A model generated the notes under the pieces. That model searched no databases. It was given only the letters and a program-made list of their open reading frames with translations, and was not told the DNA's origin. From assembly GCA_963422375.2 (NCBI GenBank), contig OY729427.2:1696001-1760000 (forward strand): a stretch of DNA of 64,000 bases, written 5' to 3'. A program made the position numbers and the translations under genes. The stretch is from Bryobacterales bacterium. GTDB lineage: Bacteria > Acidobacteriota > Terriglobia > Bryobacterales > UBA6623. This document shows, piece after piece, positions 46,183 through 56,359 of this stretch (within the stretch, counting starts at the first letter, position 1; the number at the start of each line of letters is the position of its first letter).

Positions 46183-47652
46183 GGGAATTATATATCTGAG
46201 TGCCGAGGCAACCGATTTGGCAAATTATCAATCCATAAATCAATTTGATATTTCCTCCGGATATCTGTTGAAATTCTGTGGAGTTTCTTGATAGAATAGT
46301 TCCAATATAGGAGGTCTTCGTTGAAGAAGTCGAAGCAGAAAGGTCCCGGGAATTGGTTTCGTAAAGGCATCACTCTGATTGAAGTGATCGCCATGTTCCG
46401 CGATGACGAATCCGCGGAAAAGTGGTTCGCCTCCATGCGCTGGCCGGACGGTCCGGAATGCCCCCGCTGCCGCGGCTGCGGCAAGCGCTTTTCCGTGCGC
46501 GCCGGCAGCGTGACGGCCGACACCAAGCTCGGCTACCGCACCCGGGCCGTCGCCCTGTTCCTGCTGACCACCGGCATCAAGGGCGTCTCGAGCATGAAGC
46601 TGCACCGCGACCCGGGAATCAGCCGGAAGTCGGCCTGGCACCTCGCGCACCGCATCCGCGCGTGCCGGGAGCGCGAACAGGGCCTGTTCGCCGGCCCGGC
46701 GGAGGCGGACGAGACCTGCGTCGGCGGCAAGGAACGCAACAAGCACGAGAGGAAGAAGGCCCGCGCCGGGCGCGGGCCCGTCGGCAAGACCCCGGTGGCG
46801 GGGGCGCGGGACCGCGCCACGAACGCAGTGGCCGCGCGGCCGCTGCCGGGCACCGCCAAGGGCGACCTGCAGGGCTTCGCGCGCGGCCGGGTCGCGCCGG
46901 GCGCGCAGGTCCGCTCCGACGAGGCGGCGGCCTGCGCCGGCATGGAGGAGTTCCCGCACGAAGCCGTCAGGCATTCCGGCGGCGAGTACGTGCGCGGGGC
47001 GGCGCATACGAACGGCATCGAGTCGTTTGGGTCCCTGTTCAAGCGCGGCCTGTACGGAACCTATCACCGGATGAGCGTCCGTCATCCGGGTCGCTACCTC
47101 GCCGAATTCGCGGGACGGTGCAACGACCGCGACTGCGACACGGCGGAACAGATGCGACGCATGGCGCGGGGCCTGGTCGGCCGGACGCTGACCTACCGGC
47201 AGCTGACCGGCAAGGCCGCGGTCGCGGCCCGAGCGGCGCCCTCCGAGCTGAGCGCCGCAGCCCGCTGCCGACGCACTCTTCACGCTCGATGCGCTTCACG
47301 CTCGGTGCGAGGGCCGCGCCGGATCTGGAATCCCCCGGCGCGACCCGAGTCCGGCCCGGACCGTCCGTGCAGGCCGTCGAGCGCCGGGGATCCGCTGTCT
47401 TCGGCCCTCGGAGGGCACGCAATCGGCTTGCAAGGGGTGCCCCCCACCGCAAACCGGATTCCACCGGGCATGCGAGGGGGCCTCTCTTATCCGTGCCTCG
47501 TCCATTCCGCTGGCAGGTTCGATTCAGATACGATCCCACCTTGCTGTGCCTACCGCGTCCGCATTCGAATGCCCCGAGCCAGACGCCGACCTCCCTGATC
47601 AGAGCAGTTCTCGTCGGACATGGCGTTGTCGGCACTCAGATATATAATTCCC
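46183..47652 (+). mobile_element. IS1595 type 2, copy D (no TSD)
   Basis: Both TIRs; zinc-finger region deleted between two TGCCGCGG repeats; stop read-through; flanks AAAAGGAA/AAACATTA differ. Confidence 0.92.
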
Positions 47653-47863
47653 AAACATTATACCGCGTTGCTAGCACGAGAATAGAGTTTGCCGCGGGGA
47701 CAAAGACTAGGCACGTTAAGCCGTATAGGATAATCCCGGCAATTGCGGAGCGAAAGAATACATGGTAGCCGGAGTCACGAAGAAGCGCAAACCTAGTGGC
47801 ATGGCACCGGACTAAGAAATAGTATCCTGCGAGAGCAGGGAGAAGGAATTGACCAAGATTCAA
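47653..47863 (-). pseudogene. hypothetical membrane protein truncated by IS copy D
   Basis: Low-GC ORF NLGQFLLPALAGYYFL..RDSGYHVFFRSAIAGIILYGL runs into the TIR. Confidence 0.55.
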
Positions 47864-47901
47864 GACAATGGACTCCGTGCTTGACCGCCGGTGTTGACCT
47901 G

Positions 47902-48099
47902 CTAGTCGGAGTCCTCCGCCCCCTTCTCGCTTGCTTTGTCGCTCTGCACGAGGGCCGACGCGGCCCGCATGAGCTCTCTCGCTGCCTCGCTACGCAGCAA
48001 CTCCTCGGGCTTGATGTAGAACGTCCCCCTGTTACTGAGATAGACCGTGGGCTTGTCAAGCACACGTGCGCCTTGTGATGGTGTGGACTTGCGTGGCAT
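47902..48099 (-). CDS. small hypothetical protein (65 aa)
   Basis: ATG ORF with protein-like composition, co-oriented just upstream of the membrane ORF. Confidence 0.5.
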   Translation of the reverse strand: MPRKSTPSQGARVLDKPTVYLSNRGTFYIKPEELLRSEAARELMRAASALVQSDKASEKGAEDSD

Positions 48100-48269
48100 G
48101 CTGGATGGATTCGTTCAGGGATGTGACTGGCTCTCCCGATGGCCGAGGCCCCGGCTAGCGCTGCCGTTCCTTGGTCCCAGATCTTGAGCGCGGATAACCG
48201 GTGCAACGATACCACTCTGAGTGTCTCACGGCCCGGGCGGAGGGACCCGACTATGGCCCTCCGGGCTAC

Positions 48270-48851
48270 TCATGAATTATCCGGGCTAGGAGCCACCGAG
48301 GCGGCCTTGAAGTACAGGGAGCTGTGGCGCGTGGAGCGCTGCTTCCGCGAGTCGAAGTCGCTGCTGCGGACGCGCCCGGCGTTCCACTGGACGGACAAGG
48401 CGATTCGGGGGCACGTGTTCCGCTCGTTCCTGGCCTTGGTGCTGAAGCAGGACCTGCAGCGGCGCCTGCGGGAGGCCGGCGCGGCGGCGGAACGGGCGGA
48501 CCTGATACGGGGCTTGGAGCGGTTGCAGGAGATGGTGATCGAGGCGCAGGGCAAGCGCTTCGCGCTGCGCACGCAGGCGAGCGAGGCGGTGAAGCGGGCG
48601 CTGAGCTGCGTGGGAGCGTGCCTGCCGCCGCCACTGTGCCGGGACGAGGGCGGCGACCTGACTGTCTGAATGGAGGCGGGGCATCCCGGCCGACTGGCAC
48701 CACGGAGAGGAGGCGCACGAAGGAGCCAAGCTGACCACAAACCCCGAGCGATGGCACCCGGCGGTCACCGGCGCGGTGCTAATTCGCCCCTGCCGCAGCT
48801 CCTAAGTTGTTGAAGCACCGATACTTGCAATGTCAAACTGTCGAAGACCAG
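48270..48851 (+). mobile_element. IS1634-family transposase C-terminal fragment plus probable right end
   Basis: KYRELWRVERCFRESKSLLRTRPAFHWTDKAIRGHVFRSFLAL, stop at 48669. Confidence 0.85.
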
Positions 48852-48901
48852 CCAAGCTGCCAGCGTCGCGCAGTCCGCGCTCGAGGAGAGATGCAGACAA
48901 G

Positions 48902-50338
48902 CTATGCCAGCATCGACTGCACCACGTTTCCCCCGATGTCCGTGAGACGGAAGTCGCGCCCCATGTGCCGGAACGTCAGGCGCATGTGGTCGAGTCCCAG
49001 GCAGTGCAGGATCGTCGCCTGCAGGTCATGCACGTGAACGGGGTCCTCGACGACCTCCAAGCCGAGCTCGTCGGTTCTGCCCACGACCTGCCCCCCGCGT
49101 AGGCCGCCTCCTGCGGCCCATGCGCTGAAGCAATCGGCGTGGTGGTCGCGCCCCGCCGCTTCGTCGACCCGTTCGAGCTGTCCTAGGGGCGTGCGCCCGA
49201 ATTCGCCCGCCCACACCACCAAGGTGGAGTCGAGCAGGCCGCGCTGCTTGAGATCCCTGAGGAGCGCGCCCGCCGGCTGGTCGGTAATCGCGCAGTTCCG
49301 GCCCAGCTTCCTGTCGATCTCTTGGTGGTCGTCCCAGCTCGCGTGCGCCAGCATGACGAACCGCACTCCCTTCTCGACCATTCGCCGGGCCAGCAGGCAG
49401 TTGGTCGCGTACGGATGTGTCGGGTCCTTGCCCACTCCGTACATCTCTAGCGTCGCTTGCGACTCCTTCGAGAAATCGAGCAGGTCCGGCGCCGCCGACT
49501 GCATGCGGAACGCGAGTTCGTACGACTGGATGCGCGCAGCGATCTCAGTGTCCCCGGTGACGGCGTAGCGCTCCGAGTTGAGCTGCCGGATTGCGTCGAG
49601 CCGCGCCCGCTGCGTCCGGTCGCTGACACCCTCGGGATTCTTCAGGTACAGGATGGGCTCGCCGGCGCTGCGGAATACGACGCCTTGGTAGGTCGAGGCG
49701 AGAAACCCGTTGGACCAGTTGCTTGACCCGCCGCTCGAGCCCCGCCCGGAACTCAGCACGACGAATGCGGGCAGGTTCTCGGACTCGCTCCCCAGCCCGT
49801 AGGAAACCCAGGCTCCGACGGTCGGCCGCCCCAGCTGCTGGCTGCCGCTCATCAGCAGTGCTTGGCCGGGATGGTGGTTGAACGCCTCGGTATGCATGGA
49901 ACGCACCAGGCAGATGTCGTCCGCCCGCGAAGCGATATGGGGGATGTAGTCGGAGAACTCCGTGCCGCTGTCGCCGTGAGGACGGAACTCCCGCGGGCTG
50001 GCCAGCACCTTGGCGCTCGGCTTGACGAAGGCCAGCTGCAGGTCCCGAGTCAGGGCTTCGGGCAGGGGCTCGCCGTGCCATTGGCGCAGCGCGGGCTTCG
50101 GATCGTACAGGTCGATCTGGCTGGGCGCGCCGGCCATGAATAGGAAGATGACACTCGTCGCAGTCGGGGCGAAATGGGGCGGCCGCGGCGCGAGAGGATT
50201 CGCTGTTCCGGGCTCGGCGGCAGCTGCGGCGTCCCCGTGGACCATGAGGTACGCCAGTGCGGCTGCGTCCAAGCCGCCCGCGCATTGCCGCAGGAAGTGC
50301 CGTCGCGTCCGAATGGCGCGGTACTCGCCGAGATCCAT
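48902..50338 (-). CDS. DUF1501 domain protein (Tat-exported, sulfatase-associated)
   Basis: TRRHFL, VIFLFMAGAPSQIDLYDPKP, GAWVSYGLGSE, WDDH, GEFGRTP, GRDHH. Confidence 0.93.
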   Translation of the reverse strand: MDLGEYRAIRTRRHFLRQCAGGLDAAALAYLMVHGDAAAAAEPGTANPLAPRPPHFAPTATSVIFLFMAGAPSQIDLYDPKPALRQWHGEPLPEALTRDLQLAFVKPSAKVLASPREFRPHGDSGTEFSDYIPHIASRADDICLVRSMHTEAFNHHPGQALLMSGSQQLGRPTVGAWVSYGLGSESENLPAFVVLSSGRGSSGGSSNWSNGFLASTYQGVVFRSAGEPILYLKNPEGVSDRTQRARLDAIRQLNSERYAVTGDTEIAARIQSYELAFRMQSAAPDLLDFSKESQATLEMYGVGKDPTHPYATNCLLARRMVEKGVRFVMLAHASWDDHQEIDRKLGRNCAITDQPAGALLRDLKQRGLLDSTLVVWAGEFGRTPLGQLERVDEAAGRDHHADCFSAWAAGGGLRGGQVVGRTDELGLEVVEDPVHVHDLQATILHCLGLDHMRLTFRHMGRDFRLTDIGGNVVQSMLA

Positions 50339-50345
50339 TGCCGGT

Positions 50346-51392
50346 CCTGATTACCCACAAGACTCAGCCAAGGTTAGGAGGCGGTACGGCATGGGCGGGG
50401 TGCGCACGGAGGCGTGGGGCAGGCGGGGGACCAGCGCCTCGAGATCGTAGCGGCGGTTGAAGCGGTAGCGGAACTCGGCGAGGTAGCGCGGCAGGTGCTT
50501 GCCGTCGAACGCATGGCAGGTTCCCGCCAGGGACTGCTTGACGTTCCCCAGCATCGTGTTGACCCGGACGAAGCGGGAATCCGCGCAGCTCCGCTGCCCG
50601 CCTCCGGTGACGGTCGGCACGTGCTCGCAGCCGGCGCCGGCCACGCCCCGCAAGCAGGCCGGGCCGTCGGCATGCACCTCCGTGCCGGGCTGCAAGTGCC
50701 GCCCGGCCCACGCTGCCAGCGTCTTCTTGCGGAAGCCCGCCACGCTGCTCATGCGCATCCTTGCCGGCTGGCCGGCGGCGCTGACCTGCACGGCGGCGAC
50801 GAACGGCGTCTTGCCCGCCGCGCCGCGACCGCGCTTGCCGCCGCTCCGCTGCCCGCCCCAGCAGGCGTCGTCCACTTGCACGATGCCGCCCAGCGGCACG
50901 CGCTCGTCGCACTCCTTCAGCACTGGCAGGAGCTTATGCTGCACCTTCCAGGCCGTGTCTTCCAGGCCGTGTTCCGGCTTACGCCCAGCTGCCGCGCCAG
51001 TTCCAGCGACGAAACGCCGTGCTGGCCCTGCGTCAGCAGGTGGAGCGCCAGCAACCGGACGGTCAGCGGCAGCTTGGTGGCGGCGAAGATCGTGCCGGCG
51101 ACGAAGGAGGTCCGGCGGTGGCAGGCATGGCACTGCCAGAGCTTGCGGGAGCGGATGCGGCAGTGCCGGCGGGAGCCGCACTCCGGGCAGCGGAAGCCGT
51201 CCGGCCAGCGGGCCTTGAAGACGGCCTGCTCGCATTGCCCCTCGCTGCCGTAGCGCTGCAGGAACTTGCCCGGGCTGAGTCCCTTCTGGAATTGCACGCG
51301 ATTGCGTTTCATCAGCTATCCCCTTTCCTGTCAGAGGTTTCCGACCTCCTCCAGTATAGCATATCCTCGGCTGACGTTCGTTGGTAATCAGG
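50346..51392 (-). mobile_element. IS1595 type 1, copy 3
   Basis: Both TIRs; perfect TSD TTGCCGGT (50338-50345, 51393-51400); frameshifted by a 14-bp duplication at 50945. Confidence 0.95.
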
Positions 51393-51413
51393 TTGCCGGT
51401 TGCCCTCTGCAGC

Positions 51414-54008
51414 TCACTCGCGCGTGATGAACTCGTCCAGGTTCAGCACGACGCTGGCGAGACCGGTCCAAGCGGCCGCCCCCGACGCGCCCGTGCCCGC
51501 CACATCCAGCGGCATGAAGCGCTCTGCCGTTCCGCCTTCCTCGTCGAAGATCGCCCTCTGCCGCTCGAAGTACGAGCGGAGGTTCCGCGCCTCACTTGCC
51601 GTCGGTTCGCGCGCCAGGGCCAGCAGGAACGCGTCGCGCAGCGCCGCCTCGAAATCGCCGGCGCTCGAGGCCGCGACGCGCATCGCGAGCGCCCGCGCGG
51701 CCTCGACGAAGGTCCGGTCGTTCAGGAGATTCAGAGCTTGCAGGGGCGTGTTGGACCGCTCTCTGGTGCAGTGCGCCGCCGTCCTGTCCGGCATGTCGAA
51801 GTTCGCCAGCTGGGGGTAGGGCACGGTCCGCTGGTAGAAGGTGTAGAGGCCGCGCCGGTAGCGGTCCGCGCCCTCGCTCTCGTTCCACTTCACGGAGCCC
51901 GCGTAGGCCAGGTCCGCGACCCCGTCCGGCTGCGGGGGGCGCACGCTCGGGCCGCCCACTGCGGGGTTCAGCAGGCCGCTGGCCTGCAGGGCGGCATCGC
52001 GCACGAACTCGGCCGGAAGGCGGATGCGCCGCTGGCGCGCAAGCAGGGCATTGTCCGGGTCGATCTCGTCGAGTTCCGGCCGCGCCGCGGAGGACTGCCG
52101 GTAGGCGGCCGACATCACGATCGCTTTGTGCAGCGCCTTCAGCCGCCAGCCGCTGTCCATGAAGTCCTTCGCCAGCCAGTCGAGCAGCGCGGGATGGGAC
52201 GGGCCGGGGCTGCGCGTGCCGAAATCGTCCGCAGTCGGGACGATTCCGCGCCCGAAATACTCCTGCCAGATACGGTTCACCGTCACCCTCGCCGTCAGGG
52301 GGTTGCTCGGCGAAACCAGCCATTCCGCTAGGGCCAGTCGCGGGTGGCGGTCCCCCGGCTCGAACGGTGGCAGGGCGGCGGGCGTGCCCGGCTCGACGGC
52401 GATGCCGGGCGCGTTCCAGGCGCCGCGAAGGTGGACGTGCGTGTGGCGTCCGGGGCGGGCGTCCTCGATGGCCCGGGCGTAGCTGATGTCTGGCGTCTCG
52501 ACGCGCAGGCGTAGCAGCTCTTGGCGAAGGGATACCCAGTCGAGTTCCTTCCAAGACTCCTTCGAAATGACCCGGTGGTAGTTCTTGACGAAGTGGTCTT
52601 CGAGCTTCGTCCGCTCGCGGTCCGTGCGGGCCTCGGACGGCTTCCTGATGATCGCCTCGCCGTTGTCCATGTATTTTTGGACAGCGTCGAGAGCGTGGTC
52701 CCAGTCCGTCCACTTGCCCGGATTGTTCGCGGCCTCGACCATCTGGGCTTCCCACGCGGGCTGCAGCTCGTACACGCGGCCGGCTGCGAGCAGCTCGCTG
52801 CGACGGGCGAGGTATCCGGGCAGCGCGTCGAGGAACGGTCCCGTTTCCCCCGGCATCGGGGCCGCGATCTCGGCCTCTTCGACCGAGTTCATGAACGCGA
52901 ACAGCCGGTAGTAGTCCCTCTGTGAAACCGGGTCGTACTTGTGGTCGTGGCACTGGGCGCAGCCGACCGTCAGTCCGAGCCAGACGGTTCCGATCGTGTT
53001 CGTGCGGTCCACCGTTTCCTCGAAGCGGAACTGCTCGATCTTCACGCCCCCCTCGCGGTTCTTGAGGCCGTTGCGGTGGAATCCCGTCGCTACGCGCTGG
53101 TCGACGGTCGCCCCTGGCAGAACGTCCCCCGCGATCTGCTCGATCGTGAATCGATCGAACGGTATGTCGCGGTTTAGCGCGTCGATCACCCATTCGCGCC
53201 AGCGCCAGGCGTGGGGCCGAACGCTGTCCTTCTCGTAGCCGTCCGAGTCGGCGTAACGCGCCAAGTCGAGCCACTGGACCGCCCAGCGCTCCCCGTAGTG
53301 CGGCGACTCGAGGAGCTCGTCGACTAGGCGCTCGTAGGCGCCGGGCGCGGAATCGGCCAGGAAGGCCCGGACCCGCTCGGGCGACGGCGGCAGCCCGGTC
53401 AGGTCCAGGCTGACCCGCCGGGCCAGTGTGGCGGGGGCGGCCTCGGGGGCCGGCTCGATGCCTTCTCTCTCGAGCCGCGCCAGCACGAAATGGTCGACCG
53501 GGCTGCGGGCCCAAGCTTCCCGCGACATCTGCGGCAGCGGAGGCTTGCGGAGGGGCTGGAACGCCCAGTGATCCGAGCGGGGCGCCGCTGAGTCTCCAAG
53601 GGCGCCCAAGTCCGGCCAGTGTGCCCCTTGGTCGATCCAGCTGCGCAGGAGGTCGACTTCGCCTTGCGGCAGGCGCGGGCCGCCCGGCGGCATGGACAGG
53701 CCGTCGACCTCGCCCGAGACCAGCTGGAACAGCCGGCTCCGCTCGCTGTGGCCGGGAACGATGACCGGGCCGGAGTAGCCCCCCTCTTGCGCGGATGTGC
53801 CGTTGTCGAGGCGCAGCCCGCTCGACTGCAGGGCCGGGCCGTGACAGGCGTGGCAGCGCGCCGCGAGGATAGGCGCGATCCGCGCCGTGAAATCTACCCG
53901 CTCAGCTGTCGGCCCGGGCGACGGGCCCGACTGAGCGGCCTCAAGACACGGCACCGCCAGGGCCGTCGCGCCGGTGCAGGCCACGAGGAGCGTTAGTTGC
54001 CAGCGCAT
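51414..54008 (-). CDS. PSD1/planctomycete cytochrome c domain protein (DUF1549/DUF1553)
   Basis: CHACH, HWAFQP, RRVSLDLTGLPP, WLDLARYADS, CAQCHDHK, TARVTVNRIWQ, NTPLQAL, NLDEFITRE. Confidence 0.93.
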   Translation of the reverse strand: MRWQLTLLVACTGATALAVPCLEAAQSGPSPGPTAERVDFTARIAPILAARCHACHGPALQSSGLRLDNGTSAQEGGYSGPVIVPGHSERSRLFQLVSGEVDGLSMPPGGPRLPQGEVDLLRSWIDQGAHWPDLGALGDSAAPRSDHWAFQPLRKPPLPQMSREAWARSPVDHFVLARLEREGIEPAPEAAPATLARRVSLDLTGLPPSPERVRAFLADSAPGAYERLVDELLESPHYGERWAVQWLDLARYADSDGYEKDSVRPHAWRWREWVIDALNRDIPFDRFTIEQIAGDVLPGATVDQRVATGFHRNGLKNREGGVKIEQFRFEETVDRTNTIGTVWLGLTVGCAQCHDHKYDPVSQRDYYRLFAFMNSVEEAEIAAPMPGETGPFLDALPGYLARRSELLAAGRVYELQPAWEAQMVEAANNPGKWTDWDHALDAVQKYMDNGEAIIRKPSEARTDRERTKLEDHFVKNYHRVISKESWKELDWVSLRQELLRLRVETPDISYARAIEDARPGRHTHVHLRGAWNAPGIAVEPGTPAALPPFEPGDRHPRLALAEWLVSPSNPLTARVTVNRIWQEYFGRGIVPTADDFGTRSPGPSHPALLDWLAKDFMDSGWRLKALHKAIVMSAAYRQSSAARPELDEIDPDNALLARQRRIRLPAEFVRDAALQASGLLNPAVGGPSVRPPQPDGVADLAYAGSVKWNESEGADRYRRGLYTFYQRTVPYPQLANFDMPDRTAAHCTRERSNTPLQALNLLNDRTFVEAARALAMRVAASSAGDFEAALRDAFLLALAREPTASEARNLRSYFERQRAIFDEEGGTAERFMPLDVAGTGASGAAAWTGLASVVLNLDEFITRE

Positions 54009-54060
54009 GGACGGCCCTTCGCGATGTCGGCACCCTCGGCCGGTGCTGCCGGTCGCCATC

Positions 54061-55175
54061 ATACTGAACGCGCCAAGAGCAATTTCCGATTCAGGCGATT
54101 TCCGGCAGCACCGCGGCCATTGCCGCGGTTGGAAGCTACCGCAGGCGAGCCTATAGCCTGCAGGACGTTGATCGGGGCGTTGAGGTCCGCATCGCCAGAG
54201 AAGCCGGAGCGCTTGCGCGCCTACCTCCTGCCCTGGCGATGGCACGGCTGCGACGTATTGGAGGGATTGACCGGCTTGAACCTGCGACCGGACCACTTTT
54301 TTCGCCTTCAAGTTGCCCTAGCGGCAATTTCCAGGACTGGCTCAGAATCGAGCGAATCAAGGCAGCCGTCTGCATGGCGTTCGTGCAGGTTGCTGCGGCG
54401 ATGCCCTTCCCGGAACGAGTCATGCTCGCGATTGTCAGTTTCTCCGCGACGAAGGTGCCGAGGTGGCGCACGAGACGCCTTGTCCGCCGATGGCAGGCGT
54501 TGCGCTTTGACACACGGCGTTTCCTGTGCGCCTTCGCCAGCGAGCGCACGCGCTTCCAGCGAGTTCGGCTGCCCCTCTTTCGGCGCGCGACCGCCCGGCT
54601 GCGGACCGTCTTGCGGTGCTGCGAGCCGTCCACTCCCTTGATCCGCTCGCCGTCGCTGGTGGCGGCTTGATCCGACACGCCCAGGTCGACGCCGATCGCC
54701 GAGTGGCTCAGCGCGAGCGGCTGCTTGCAGACACCGCCGAACACCAGGTCCACGTGAAGGCCGGCATCGGTGCGAGTGATACGGACGAACTTCGGCGCGA
54801 GGCTGGGCAGCTCCCTGTCGGGCTTGGTTGTGGCCCACGGCAGTCCCTAGACCCCCAGAACGAATCGCCCCTTACCACGCTCCCAGAGTATGGGCGGCTC
54901 GCTTGCCTTGCAGCGAGGGAAGACGCGCTGAACGCCTGGTCGACGCGAGAGAGCGTGGCCAGCGCCAGCCGCTGGTACACGCTTCCCAGCATCGCCGGCT
55001 CCGACTTGCGGAGTTCGGCCAGCTGGTTGTACTGGTCGAAGTACGGGACCGCCAACCTTGCGTTCCTCCCAAGCCGTCTTCGTCGCCGACAGCGCCTTGT
55101 TGTACAGCCAGCGCAATTAACCCAACACGGGATCGATGCGTGCGCATCCCGATTTGCCAAGCTACCCGCGCTCAT
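54061..55175 (-). mobile_element. tnpB: IS200/IS605-type tnpB pseudogene (relic 1) with 3' tail
   Basis: LRWLYNKAL, YFDQYNQLAELRK, RuvC-I IGVDLGV, RuvC-II VAEKL, VNPSNTSQPC, RuvC-III DADLNA.INVL; many frameshifts. Confidence 0.85.
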
Positions 55176-55349
55176 GGAGTGTGATCGTAGCCGTCGTCGG
55201 CTTCAACGTATAGCCTGCAAGACGTGCTGCCAACCGCCGTCACAGCTTCGGTGCAATTGGTCTTGACGCTCTCTGTAATCCGTGGCCCTGAGCGATCCCC
55301 CGCCAACGCTCCCTTCCGCCCCGACGGTACAATGCGACTGGGCGAGGCC

Positions 55350-55970
55350 ATGCCGACACCCGCGTCCCCAGTCCCGGCGAAGAGCTCCCCGGCCGACAAG
55401 CCGCTGTACTGGACCGACCCCTACTCGTGGGCCCTGCGCCAGGCCGGGCTCCTGCGCCAGCGCGACTTCGAGCGCGTCGACTGGGAGAACGTCATCGAGG
55501 AGATCGAGGACTTGGCCAAGAAGGACCGTTCCAGCTGGACCTCGCTCTGCGCCCGCGCCGTCGAGCACCTGCTCAAGATGCAACACCAGGGGCCTCGTTG
55601 CCCCGACTCGCTGTCCCCGTGGAGCAAGGAGGTCCGCAACTTCCGCCGTCAGATGGCCGACGTGCTTGATGACAGCCCCGGCCTCAAGGGCGTCCTCGGC
55701 GAGATGTTCGCCAAGGCCTGGAAGCGCGGGCGCACGGCCGCCGTCAGCGACTTGGTCGATTACGAAGAGGTCGCGGGGGCCGCGGCGAAGGCGGCCGAGC
55801 GATGCTGGCTCGGTGCCATCCCCGAGGAACCCGCCTTCGGGCTGGAGGATGTCGCCGGCATGGACCCCCGGCGGCCGGGCACGCCGGACCGGGACCGCTG
55901 GCCGCCCGCGGTCGAGCGGGTCCTCCGCGACTGGCCGCCCGAGCGCCGACAGTCCGACCGAGGCCGCTAG
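55350..55970 (+). CDS. DUF29 family protein
   Basis: LYWTDPYSWALRQAGLLRQRDFERVDWENVIEEIEDL..EHLLK..W..SPGLK. Confidence 0.9.
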   Translation: MPTPASPVPAKSSPADKPLYWTDPYSWALRQAGLLRQRDFERVDWENVIEEIEDLAKKDRSSWTSLCARAVEHLLKMQHQGPRCPDSLSPWSKEVRNFRRQMADVLDDSPGLKGVLGEMFAKAWKRGRTAAVSDLVDYEEVAGAAAKAAERCWLGAIPEEPAFGLEDVAGMDPRRPGTPDRDRWPPAVERVLRDWPPERRQSDRGR

Positions 55971-56359
55971 CCGACCAAGACCGGAGACCGGCCCTCTCCC
56001 AGCGGCAGCCGACCTCGCCGTGATCCTCCCAGAATGCGCGTGCAGCCCATCCGAGCGTCTTTCTCGGCCACCGGCGACGACAGGGCCGCGAAACGGCTCG
56101 AATCCGCCGAATCGGGCGATTTGGCCGCGGTCCGCTTGGGAGACGTTCGCATACAGGCCCGTCGCACGCATGTCTCGGGCCGCGGCGACCTAGAGCAGCG
56201 CCGGACTCGCGACGCGCCCATGGAGCAAGACTCACACTGAGCGAGCTGCTTACACTAAGCGTCGAACGTCTTCTTCGAGGGCGTGCACAATCCAACCTAC
56301 ATCCTGTGGCTCTCTGTTGCACGTGCCTATATGCAGGCCTAGGTTTCCGAATTCGCTTC

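Noticed and set aside
40871..47652. Composite transposon of inverted copies C and D carrying the PL8 gene
   Set aside because: Copy C has its own perfect TSD and the outer flanks (AAATAAAG vs AAACATTA) do not match, so there is no evidence of joint transposition.
17563..47652. Recurring 24-bp GGGAATTATATATCTGAGTGCCGA as a CRISPR or other array repeat
   Set aside because: It occurs as dispersed inverted pairs around transposases, so these are IS TIRs. There is no regular spacing and no cas genes.
55975..56240. Possible integrase-core remnant (VAEKDARMGCTRILG)
   Set aside because: The resemblance is too short and degenerate to support a call.
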